Source of the DNA: Minisyncoccota bacterium
GTDB lineage: Bacteria; Patescibacteriota; JACMRA01
NCBI GenBank assembly: GCA_014376695.1
Contig: JACMRA010000016.1
Coordinates: forward strand, 47,814 to 111,813
Direction: 5' to 3'
DNA length: 64,000 nucleotides
The position numbers and the translations under genes were made by a program. This document shows, piece by piece, positions 18,568 through 27,219 of this stretch. The notes below the pieces were generated by a model. The model was not told the DNA's origin. It did no database searches and worked only from the letters and a program-made list of their open reading frames with translations. Every line of letters begins with the position of its first letter. The stretch's first letter is position 1.

Positions 18568-19674
18568 TTAGCGGATTTTAAATTTAATTTCGGTGTTTCG
18601 GTAACTTTCTACTTCTTCTTGATAGAGAACACGGGACTGAAATACCAACAGGCCAAGCCAATTTAGGTTTTGTTCCAGTTCATCTATTTTTTGATCTAAT
18701 GGATAGTCTAAATCAATGTACACAGGGTGAAACAATTTTAATTTTTCCGATGCTTCTGCAGCCACCGCCGATGCTTCTGCAGATAATTGAGTGATATTCC
18801 ATTCCAAATCTTGACTTCTGGTGTCGGCTTTACCGTTAATAGTGGCAAGGATATAGTCCTCTCTATGTTTCAAGAACGATTCTTTAGCCTCAACTGATTT
18901 ATCCGCTCGACCTATTGCTGCCAGTTTGTGAATTTCGGGATATTTTTTTACCAGTTCCAATATTAATTTTCCTTCTTCTTTGATTTTAGACGTCTTTAGT
19001 CTTAATAAATTCTGGGCATTGGTTAGCTCCTGACCTTCCTGACCTATCAGATCTCCTCGGTTGACCTGCCTGTGGTAAGCCGTTTCAGGGCTAAGCCCAA
19101 CCATAGCAAAAGTAGTAATCTTAATTCCCTCGATTTTTTCAAAAATTTCTCGAAAACTTTGGTAGGAAGTTGCCGTTACCTCCACGATTGCTTTTGCACC
19201 AGATTTCAACGCTGTGTTAATTGATAAAAAATCTAAATTGCGCAGATAACTAGGATGTCTGAGACAAAAATCTTGGAATCCAGGATTATTTTGATTTTCG
19301 GAAACTTGGTGAATTTTGTCCCAAAGCTTAGCATGAAATTCATTTTGCCTATCGAAATTTAACGCTGTGATATATCTAAAACCCTTGTCAGTATACCCCT
19401 CACCTTGAACTTGCGTTTCCTTGGCGATGATTGGATTGGCTGGATTAGCCTTATCATAAGCTAAAATATCTTCGTAAATTTTGGCCGATAGCCAAATTCG
19501 GTTTGATTCAGATTCTCGAACTGGCCTATTCCCCACTACAAAAGTAACAACTGTTTGAGCGTTTAAATAAGTTGATCCTTTCATAAGTTTTATAGCAGTA
19601 CCTTTACCAGATCCTGAGGCACCTACGACCAGTATTATATTTTGATTTCCTTTTATTTCTTGATTTGTCTTCAT
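18568..19674 (-). CDS. P-loop kinase-like protein (guanylate-kinase/zeta-type Walker A) with long C-terminal extension
   Basis: Walker A VVGASGSGKGT about 20 aa from ATG 19674. TTGACA (19712-19707) lies 38 nt upstream, and the track start GTG 19728 would include that promoter. Confidence 0.55.
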   Translation of the reverse strand: MKTNQEIKGNQNIILVVGASGSGKGTAIKLMKGSTYLNAQTVVTFVVGNRPVRESESNRIWLSAKIYEDILAYDKANPANPIIAKETQVQGEGYTDKGFRYITALNFDRQNEFHAKLWDKIHQVSENQNNPGFQDFCLRHPSYLRNLDFLSINTALKSGAKAIVEVTATSYQSFREIFEKIEGIKITTFAMVGLSPETAYHRQVNRGDLIGQEGQELTNAQNLLRLKTSKIKEEGKLILELVKKYPEIHKLAAIGRADKSVEAKESFLKHREDYILATINGKADTRSQDLEWNITQLSAEASAVAAEASEKLKLFHPVYIDLDYPLDQKIDELEQNLNWLGLLVFQSRVLYQEEVESYRNTEIKFKIR

Positions 19675-19775
19675 AACAAAAAAATGACTGCAAATTATTC
19701 CAACCTTGTCAATTAACACAAATTCCACCTCTTGCCAAAAAAATCAAATTCATCTACTTTGCAAATAACGCTTTT

Positions 19776-20384
19776 ATGTCATCAAATACTTATATTGATT
19801 TAATTAATCCCCAACTTATCAATCAGATTCAACAAGGAGACATTGGTATTTTACCGACCGATACTAGCTATGGCCTCTGCTGTCTAGCCACTAACAAAAT
19901 CTCCGTTGAGCGTATCCAGAAACTTCGCGGCGGGCCAAAAAATAAGCCCGGGATTATCCTCATCGACAGCTTGGATAAGGCTCTCGAACTTGGGGCGGTG
20001 CTTTTTGGGGACCAACGAAAAATCCTTGACTCCATCTATCCAGCCAATTTTAGCGTCTTAGTTAAGCACGCACATAATGACAAATACAAACATTTGTACG
20101 AGGGGAGTAAATACCTGTCTTTTCGGATTCCAACCCTTCCAGAACTCCGCAAACTTATCCGAAATGTTGGTCCGATTTTTGCGCCTTTGGCTTGTCCCGT
20201 TGATCTTAGTCCGGCCAGCACCGTTAGTCAATCACGACAATATTTTAGCGACCAATTAGATTTTTATGTGGACAAGGGGGAGCTTGTCAGTCTGCCCTCC
20301 ACCATGGCCATAATGAATAATGACAAGTTCCAGGTAATCCGACAAGGCAGCTACTTTATTCCAAAGAGCCTGCTTGGTCGCTAA
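19776..20384 (+). CDS. tsaC: L-threonylcarbamoyladenylate synthase (YrdC/TsaC family)
   Basis: YrdC-fold motif ILPTDTSYGL; 202 aa, the typical single-domain size. Confidence 0.75.
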   Translation: MSSNTYIDLINPQLINQIQQGDIGILPTDTSYGLCCLATNKISVERIQKLRGGPKNKPGIILIDSLDKALELGAVLFGDQRKILDSIYPANFSVLVKHAHNDKYKHLYEGSKYLSFRIPTLPELRKLIRNVGPIFAPLACPVDLSPASTVSQSRQYFSDQLDFYVDKGELVSLPSTMAIMNNDKFQVIRQGSYFIPKSLLGR

Positions 20385-20390
20385 CCAGTC

Positions 20391-21356
20391 CTAACCACCA
20401 CAAACACTAGGCTCAAGTGGTGTAAGATTACCAAATCTGGCCTGTATTTGCTCGTTAGTTGGTTCAGACTCCTGAACAAAGATAACAACATTTCCAATTA
20501 GATTATTGATCTGCTTGAGCTCCTCTTCGGTTTTTGTAGGGCTCGGGCTACTTTTCTGGCTTGATCCTGCCTGATTATTTCGCTCGTCTATAGCCTTTTT
20601 TTCGGATGCAGTTTTCTGGGTGTCAAGGTCGTGTTGCTGAGCTTCGCTTAGAGTTTTGTGTTCCTGGCCACTGTGAGCCTCGGCTTGAATTGTCAAGGGA
20701 TTGAAACTAGTTTTGGATTTTTCCAGCTTCTCAACTTCTTCGAAGTCTTTACGGAGCTTGGAGTCTTTGCCAAGGAATTCTTCTAGGGTCTTATTTGTAA
20801 AATCTTGAATATCCCGCTTTTGGAATTGATTTTTATCGCCGGTGTAAATATAGTATTTATCGCTCCCGCTAGGCTTTGGGAGGGAGGTGCTGTGGATTGG
20901 TATTCGAGTAATTTTTGGTGAGGAACTAAGAACTTGATCTAATTTGTAGCCCATAAGATTATCAAGTCCACCAATGCGGTTATTACCATAAAATTTTAGT
21001 ACATCGCCCCCGGTTATCCCTCGCCAGTGTAAATGAACAATTTGATCCTTGTTATCGTGAAAATGAATTGGCGATTCGGTCAGCAGTCCACTACAAACAT
21101 CCTTGATATATTCAACTTGGTACCGTGGAGACCCAAAATCTTCCGCTTGCCCCCGAAAAACATATTGCAGCCTAAAATGGAAATGGTCTTGTTTTGGGTA
21201 AGCAAGTCGACTAGGTGTCACGAAATGGAGAGTAGCCAAACTTAAAACAAAAAGTACAAGTAAGCTACTCAAAGAAATTACTAAGATTTTGGATATTTTG
21301 ATTATGCTGGAGCGGGTCATATAATCTATGTTGAATTTATTTGGCAGAAGTGTCAA
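20391..21356 (-). CDS. membrane-anchored hypothetical protein
   Basis: N-terminal TM helix (ILVISLSSLLVLFVLSLATL), a His-rich HFHF/HFHD/HLHW segment, and a low-complexity K/E/S/Q region. Confidence 0.55.
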   Translation of the reverse strand: MTLLPNKFNIDYMTRSSIIKISKILVISLSSLLVLFVLSLATLHFVTPSRLAYPKQDHFHFRLQYVFRGQAEDFGSPRYQVEYIKDVCSGLLTESPIHFHDNKDQIVHLHWRGITGGDVLKFYGNNRIGGLDNLMGYKLDQVLSSSPKITRIPIHSTSLPKPSGSDKYYIYTGDKNQFQKRDIQDFTNKTLEEFLGKDSKLRKDFEEVEKLEKSKTSFNPLTIQAEAHSGQEHKTLSEAQQHDLDTQKTASEKKAIDERNNQAGSSQKSSPSPTKTEEELKQINNLIGNVVIFVQESEPTNEQIQARFGNLTPLEPSVCGG

Positions 21357-22584
21357 CTATTCCAATCTCGTCATTGAGGATAGCTTCAATTTGCGGTCCA
21401 AAAATACGATTTTGGGTCATTTTACTATCATAGTGGCTTAATTGAATGCTGACGGGCTTTGAATGCTTGGCTGATACTTTTGTCGTGGAGGTATCAAGAG
21501 ATGGCTTATTACCAAAGCTCCGAAGTCGAATTGACGGAAACAAAGAAACAAAATCTAAATAACAATGATAAGACCTCTGGACCCATAATACTAATTCGCG
21601 AGTATCGAAATATAGAGAATTACTATCTTGGTAGTACATAGCATTTGCCTCATCGACCAATATCACCCGCTCCAGCTGACCAAAAGGCAGAAACAATCCA
21701 GCTCGAGTACAAAGAATTACTTTTAATTTGGGAACTTTACTCCCAATAAGGCTTGTATCTGAATTTACTTGCTTATTACTATTTGATGATAAGGCTTTTT
21801 TGGACAGCTTTTTGTGCTCGAAGTGATTCCAATCAGTTAGAATGTTTAGGATAAGATTTCGATTAGCTTGGTTGACGCTCGAAGTGTATTGATGGATTTC
21901 AAGATTATCTGCTGGCTGTATTTGGGTGCTAAGATCGGTATACAACCTAGTAAGCATTTTGACTTCGGGACAGATGATAAGTATGGTCGGGTTTGGACTG
22001 GTGAAATTACTCATTTGGCTATGTATGCGTATAAGGTACATTATACGACTAGGTATAGATATATCGAAGTCATAGTTACCAAGCACCGATACGGGTTTAT
22101 CTTGGCTAGGAGTAGCTGTTTTATAAGCTTTTAGATCAGCTTCTCTCTTCTCCCCCTTGATAAAGGGGGTCGGGGGGATTTGCTGGATTTGCTGGTGGTA
22201 TTCTAAGACGCTTTTTTGATGCTTGTCGGCTAGGGATAAATAAGCGTGCAATATAGTTTCGAGGATTAAGCCGGCGTTATTAAAAGTCGCCAAATTAAAA
22301 ATTCGAATGGTCTTGAGTGAGGCCTCCGGCAGTATATAGCTATATACAGTTTCGATGGACTGGATTTTATCTATATCGTAATTAATATCAATACGCTTTA
22401 GACTCTCTAGCACCACTCCATGAACCACCCGCCCTCGAACCGGCACACTAACTAATTGTCCTTGACTCAAAGTCCTCGAACTCGAGAGGGTAGGATTGCT
22501 CTCGCTATCTGATAACTTGTAAGTAAGTATAGGACTCGGGATGTTAGTTGCCAGCAGTATTTGGTAGAAGTGCGGATCGCTCAT
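21337..22584 (-). CDS. PriA-like protein, truncated and lacking helicase ATPase motifs
   Basis: The N-terminus resembles the PriA 3'-DNA-binding domain (LTYKL..GQLVSVPVRGRVVHGVVL) and lobe-1 landmarks (ILIICPEVKMLT). It has DEAN in place of DEEH and no GxGK[ST]. ATG 22584 lies 38 nt from TTGTCA 22622-22617. Confidence 0.5.
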   Translation of the reverse strand: MSDPHFYQILLATNIPSPILTYKLSDSESNPTLSSSRTLSQGQLVSVPVRGRVVHGVVLESLKRIDINYDIDKIQSIETVYSYILPEASLKTIRIFNLATFNNAGLILETILHAYLSLADKHQKSVLEYHQQIQQIPPTPFIKGEKREADLKAYKTATPSQDKPVSVLGNYDFDISIPSRIMYLIRIHSQMSNFTSPNPTILIICPEVKMLTRLYTDLSTQIQPADNLEIHQYTSSVNQANRNLILNILTDWNHFEHKKLSKKALSSNSNKQVNSDTSLIGSKVPKLKVILCTRAGLFLPFGQLERVILVDEANAMYYQDSNSLYFDTRELVLWVQRSYHCYLDFVSLFPSIRLRSFGNKPSLDTSTTKVSAKHSKPVSIQLSHYDSKMTQNRIFGPQIEAILNDEIGIVDTSAK

Positions 22585-22718
22585 AATATAAGTATTCTGG
22601 AAGTAATTGAGTTTTTTGACAAATAGTAGCCTTGGGCAAATCAAAATCCGCGACAAACACACCCTAAATCCGCGCCAGAATTTGACTTTTTGGCGTATGT
22701 TTGGTGTCGTTTTGGCGT

Positions 22719-22889
22719 ATGACCTGTTTTAAGTTATCCCCGCATCACAATAAAATTCTCAATTTATTCGCCGAAATGGGGCTAGACCAAGAATTATCAA
22801 CCTCCCAAATTGAGGTTCTTTTAGCCCAAAACTACAAAATAGATTGGAGCCTAAGATCGTTGCAACGGTACCTTGGAGAGTTAGAATAG
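22719..22889 (+). CDS. small wHTH-like DNA-binding protein
   Basis: 56 aa (..LSTSQIEVLLAQ..SLRSLQRYLGELE). ATG 22719 lies 37 nt from TTGACT 22682-22687. The direct repeat TTTTGGCGTATG occurs at 22688-22699 and 22710-22721. Confidence 0.5.
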   Translation: MTCFKLSPHHNKILNLFAEMGLDQELSTSQIEVLLAQNYKIDWSLRSLQRYLGELE

Positions 22890-22890
22890 A

Positions 22891-23544
22891 TTGAGTGTTT
22901 GTCAAAAGCTAATCAAGGTTGAATTTAGCTGGAAGTCTAGTCAAATTGAGGGTAACACCTACTCACTTCTCGAGACAGAAGAGTTGCTAAAAGGGAGTTT
23001 AAATTTTCCTAATCATACAGCCAGGGAAACGGATATGATTCTCAATCACAAAAAAGCCTTCAATTTTGTACAGAAAAATCGCCAAATATTCTTAACTAAT
23101 TTGACGCCGTCTAATATAATAGACCTTCACGGGATTATAACAAAAAATCTAAATATCAATAAAGGTTTGCGAAAACATAGCGTGGGTATACCAGGCAGTA
23201 TGTTTAGACCGCTTGATAATCTTTTTGTCATTCAAGATTCTATGGATTTCCTATGTCAGATTATTAACAAAAACCCTAATCCTTACGCCAAGGCTTTTTT
23301 GGTTAGTTTGCTGATTGCTTATATACAGCTATTTGAAGATGGTAACAAAAGAACGGCCAGAATTCTCTGTAATGCAATTCTATATTCTAATGATTTGCCA
23401 ATGCTCCCATTTCGGTCCGTCAATATCATCGAGTATAAAAAAGCCGTGATTAGTTTTTATGATTATAACTCGATCAAGCTGTATAAAGACTTATTTTTGG
23501 AGCAGATTCGCTACTGCGTTCAGAACTACTTATCTACTTACTAA
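22891..23544 (+). CDS. Fic-fold protein with Doc-like, His-less core motif
   Basis: Has SSQIEG (inhibitory-type motif) and the core QLFEDGNKRTAR, where Fic has HxFx[DE]GNGRxxR and Doc has HxFxD[AG]NKR. The TTG start lies 10 nt after GGAGAG (22875-22880). Confidence 0.65.
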   Translation: MSVCQKLIKVEFSWKSSQIEGNTYSLLETEELLKGSLNFPNHTARETDMILNHKKAFNFVQKNRQIFLTNLTPSNIIDLHGIITKNLNINKGLRKHSVGIPGSMFRPLDNLFVIQDSMDFLCQIINKNPNPYAKAFLVSLLIAYIQLFEDGNKRTARILCNAILYSNDLPMLPFRSVNIIEYKKAVISFYDYNSIKLYKDLFLEQIRYCVQNYLSTY

Positions 23545-23556
23545 TCAGAATTTCTA

Positions 23557-25476
23557 ATGACTAGACCTGACCTAAAGTCTTTGTGCAATAATCTCGAGCA
23601 AAAAGTATCAGAGTTACCGCGAGTCCCTTACAGAGCCATTACCACCGTAGGACTAATTGCCACCATCGGCTACTCTCGAGTGCAACCCCTAATCCAAGCT
23701 AATAATCATAGAATTGGCGGTAATCCTACTGAGCTAGAATATCAACCGTCTCAAGAACTAAACAATTTTGACCTGAGCGGATGTGTTCAAAGTGGCCAGA
23801 TTGAGCGTACCGAGCTAATGGATTGTCTCAAACTCGAGTCGATGCGGTTAATTGACTTTGAGCACACTTATTATGAGGCTAATCCAAGCCCAGATAAGAC
23901 CAAAGAATTAGCTACCATTGAGAATGTAGATCAATACATTGCCAAAATATTACCTAGGCTATTACCATTATTCGACCGCAAACTCATAATCCAAGAAATT
24001 ACCAATCAAGCCAAAAGTGGTCAATACACACCTTCAGAATTGATTTCTATGGCAGGCGAGCTAATGGATTACCGCTTATTGCAAGTGGACCAACTCAACC
24101 AAAATCTACTTAGATATACAGGTCAGATATATACCCACGGACAAATAGGTGAGGTTAATCAACTTCGGGAGGTTTATAAAAATACATTTCATAACTTCAG
24201 CCAAGAAAGAGTTCGGGTGATATTTGCCGAGTATTTTCCAGAACTCAAAAATCTGTCAAAAGACACTGTTTTTACTTGGCAGGACTTCTACAACAAGGCC
24301 GTTACTTTTAAATTAATGAATTTACGAGCTAGATTAAATCTAGTGACAAGCCATCTCAAACATAATAGTCAACATACATCGCTGGAAGATGTTGAAATGC
24401 TTGGGGAAATATTAGGACAAAAAGATACCGATGAACAGAAAAAAGCCACGCTTGATTATATGGCACAGCTCCATGGTCGCGGATATGCCAAAGATGATAA
24501 TATCACAACACGAGGCTACCTCGAAAGTCAAGTACGTGATGTAATCCATCGAAAGGCAATGGCCAATCAAGGCAAAACTCCCGTCCAAAAAGAAGTCGAA
24601 GGCGGTCTCAATCATGGACGATTTATTCGACCGTTTTTACCTGCCAAGATTAGCTTTCATCGTGAATATAATAGCGATGGAACATATGGCGATGTAACAT
24701 CTCTCCAGAATGTACTAGGATCAGAAGTTCAAAATGACAACCTACACACCGCCCTCAAAATCGGCCTAGCTCGCACCTGGTCCGCTGAGGGACTTGAGGC
24801 ATTGGCTCACAGTAATGGAACAAATCTACTTTATCAGAGATATGCCGAATTGGTAACTGACAAAGCCCTAGACATTGCTAATTCACAGTGGACCGCAAAT
24901 TCTAATCCGATTATTAGCATTCTGGCCAGTGGACTAAATCTAGCTAATTGGCCGGCTATGAATACGCAATCTGGTCAGTACAAACACATCATTACTTACA
25001 ATTATCGCCCCCTGGTTGACTGCCTTTTTCGTTGCACTGTCCAAGAAATTGATCCCAAGGTCTATCAGCTCTTTGACAATAAGTCGCCTAATCAAGCTCT
25101 TCCCTATCTTAGTTTATATTTGTACCGCTACGGGCAGGGGCTCCCTGTGCCCAATGTCGAATTTTACTCGCATATTACTACCGTCACCGAACCAGCCTTG
25201 AGTGCATTTTATAATCTGATAATCAAGCCAATAGAACCAATTCTTAATGAATTAGGATTACTAATGGCCGAGGTGGCTCTAGCGATTATCTTGCCAGAAT
25301 TGATTGGTGCAATAGCCGCAGAGAGTACAGCGACTCGAAGTCTCAGATATTCTGGAGCGGTAACTGGCCCAAGGCCGAGCGGGGAGGTGGCGGCTCAAGT
25401 AGCTCAAGTCTATTTCGCACTCCAGTACCGGCCAAAGTCAGCGTTGCTTCGACCGCCAATAATAGCTTTAGATTGA
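23557..25476 (+). CDS. hypothetical protein (639 aa)
   Basis: Long uninterrupted ORF with a hydrophobic segment near the C-terminus (LLMAEVALAIILPELIGAIAA). No motif recognised. Confidence 0.6.
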   Translation: MTRPDLKSLCNNLEQKVSELPRVPYRAITTVGLIATIGYSRVQPLIQANNHRIGGNPTELEYQPSQELNNFDLSGCVQSGQIERTELMDCLKLESMRLIDFEHTYYEANPSPDKTKELATIENVDQYIAKILPRLLPLFDRKLIIQEITNQAKSGQYTPSELISMAGELMDYRLLQVDQLNQNLLRYTGQIYTHGQIGEVNQLREVYKNTFHNFSQERVRVIFAEYFPELKNLSKDTVFTWQDFYNKAVTFKLMNLRARLNLVTSHLKHNSQHTSLEDVEMLGEILGQKDTDEQKKATLDYMAQLHGRGYAKDDNITTRGYLESQVRDVIHRKAMANQGKTPVQKEVEGGLNHGRFIRPFLPAKISFHREYNSDGTYGDVTSLQNVLGSEVQNDNLHTALKIGLARTWSAEGLEALAHSNGTNLLYQRYAELVTDKALDIANSQWTANSNPIISILASGLNLANWPAMNTQSGQYKHIITYNYRPLVDCLFRCTVQEIDPKVYQLFDNKSPNQALPYLSLYLYRYGQGLPVPNVEFYSHITTVTEPALSAFYNLIIKPIEPILNELGLLMAEVALAIILPELIGAIAAESTATRSLRYSGAVTGPRPSGEVAAQVAQVYFALQYRPKSALLRPPIIALD

Positions 25477-26009
25477 TCGAGAATAGGACGGGCAATACAA
25501 TAATAGGTCCCGAAGTTGACAAACTAACCCGCTTCGGACAGACTCAGGGCAGACTACTAACCAAATTAACAGATACTAAATTCCAGGCAAGAACCAAACT
25601 AAACGACCTCAAAGAAAGGTTTGCTCGGGCCGATACAGTTAGAATGGGTAATTGCTTTGCTGAAGTGTCTTGGGATATTCCTTGGGATGTGGCGGTTGGA
25701 TTGACTGGGGTCGCGGAGGCTAATAACTGTCTCAAGAATTGGGAGAATGCTTTGAAAAATAGTGAAAGTAAAATTACACTCAATAAAGTTGAGCCATACC
25801 TCAAGAACTTAAACAACTTGAAAGTCCAAAACGAAAAATTAAGCGGGGGCGTATCTGGTAGAGATATTGAATTCAGTTCAAAGAAAATCCCCAATTCAAT
25901 TTATCGAAGTAATAAAGGTGATAGAATTTATATAACCGACAACAACGGAACGATTTTTCTGGATATTATGAATTACAGTTTAGGTTTATTAGAAACGGTA
26001 ATGAGATAA
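25473..26009 (+). CDS. hypothetical protein (178 aa)
   Basis: The start overlaps the upstream stop (ATTGATCG; 4-nt overlap), indicating translational coupling. Confidence 0.5.
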   Translation: MIENRTGNTIIGPEVDKLTRFGQTQGRLLTKLTDTKFQARTKLNDLKERFARADTVRMGNCFAEVSWDIPWDVAVGLTGVAEANNCLKNWENALKNSESKITLNKVEPYLKNLNNLKVQNEKLSGGVSGRDIEFSSKKIPNSIYRSNKGDRIYITDNNGTIFLDIMNYSLGLLETVMR

Positions 26010-26026
26010 ATACTGGTGGTTGGAAT

Positions 26027-26188
26027 ATGCTCAACATAGATCCAAAAATATACACTGATTCGAAGAACCCTTTGAAATACATAAGTTTGGTATTTTTAGA
26101 TGCGGATAATCAAACCTCTCTCTATGAATTTAACTTAGCCGAGTTGATTGAAACGGAAGCCTACGCTAGGCCTAAACTGAGAGCTTGA
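26027..26188 (+). CDS. possible small ORF (53 aa) below the track size cut-off
   Basis: ATG 26027 lies 7 nt after GGTGGTTGG and the ORF ends at TGA 26186-26188. It overlaps the 3' end of the convergent 26161..26466 ORF by 28 nt. Confidence 0.2.
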   Translation: MLNIDPKIYTDSKNPLKYISLVFLDADNQTSLYEFNLAELIETEAYARPKLRA

Positions 26189-26466
26189 GAATAACTAAGT
26201 ATTATCTGAGCGTCTCCTGATATATTATTGCTATTAAGGTTATATTTAACATTGCCTAGTGGTTCATTGCTATTTTTATAGAGCAAGTAAATTTTGTCAT
26301 TATAATTGTCTGTAAGGTCTGTTTCAAACTTTACAACCCCATCGCTATCAGACTTCTGGCTAACATCATTAAAAAATGGTCGGAAATACTCACCCTTCAC
26401 TGGCTTTGGAACTGTGTTATCATCTTTACTATTAAAAGAAATTTTTACTTTGTAGAAACTGGACAT
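26161..26466 (-). CDS. hypothetical protein (101 aa)
   Basis: ATG 26466 is preceded, on the minus strand, by TTGTCA (26502-26497), 17 nt, TAGATT (26479-26474) and 7 nt. Confidence 0.5.
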   Translation of the reverse strand: MSSFYKVKISFNSKDDNTVPKPVKGEYFRPFFNDVSQKSDSDGVVKFETDLTDNYNDKIYLLYKNSNEPLGNVKYNLNSNNISGDAQIILSYSQALSLGLA

Positions 26467-26495
26467 ATAATATAATCTAAACAGTTTTTTTCAAC

Positions 26496-26525
26496 TTGAC
26501 AAGTAGTAATTCGATCGGCTATCAT
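26496..26525 (+). promoter_or_regulatory. sigma70-type promoter
   Basis: TTGACA (26496-26501), 18 nt, TATCAT (26520-26525); about 88 nt upstream of ATG 26613. Confidence 0.45.
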
Positions 26526-26612
26526 AAGAGAAACAACCACCAAGAAAGAGCCAATAAAGGACGAGCGATTTTGAATTAGTCCTAAACTTAAATAATTAGA
26601 TAAATATCCCCT

Positions 26613-27182
26613 ATGAAAGAATTAATCTTTGTTACTGGAAATCCATTAAAATTTAAACTGGCCGAGTCCATTTTTGAGAGCTACGGTATCAAAATCATCC
26701 AACTCAAAGCTGACATTCCAGAAATCCAAGCTGAGACAACCGAGGAAGTAGCCAAATTTAGTGCCAAGTATGCCGCCGATATGCTTAATAAGCCTGTATT
26801 AGTCAACGATTCTGGCTTTTTTATCAACGCCCTCAAAGGCTTCCCCGGTATCTACACCAAAGACATTAATCAAAAATTTACAACCCAAAATATCCTAGAT
26901 TTGATGGCTAGTTATAGCGATAGGACTGTTAGAATTAGCGATGTAACAGCCTACTGTGAGCCTGGCTCTGAACCAGTGATTTTTTCTTGTAATCTCAAGG
27001 CTTACTTGCTCACCGAGTCTAAGACCGATCATTCTAATTGTTTTGATAACCTACTGATGATAGAAGATTTTTTGAAGGTCCGCGGGGCTTATGGGGTCGA
27101 AGAATTGAAGGGCTTGACATCTTCGTTTTTGACTAGTTATCACGATATGGCTAAGTTTTTGATTCATAAACTGGCAAACTAG
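26613..27182 (+). CDS. rdgB: non-canonical purine NTP pyrophosphatase (Ham1/RdgB family)
   Basis: FVTGNPLKF near the N-terminus and an IPEIQ motif; 189 aa. Confidence 0.7.
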   Translation: MKELIFVTGNPLKFKLAESIFESYGIKIIQLKADIPEIQAETTEEVAKFSAKYAADMLNKPVLVNDSGFFINALKGFPGIYTKDINQKFTTQNILDLMASYSDRTVRISDVTAYCEPGSEPVIFSCNLKAYLLTESKTDHSNCFDNLLMIEDFLKVRGAYGVEELKGLTSSFLTSYHDMAKFLIHKLAN

Positions 27183-27219
27183 TGAGGTATTTGACAACTT
27201 ATCATAAACATTTTACCTT

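Noticed and set aside
22701-23544. A single frameshifted Fic pseudogene spanning both ORFs.
   Set aside because: The two frames are simultaneously open over only 2 nt (22885-22886), a GGAGAG SD precedes the second ORF, and the first has its own promoter-ATG geometry. Two separate genes fit better.
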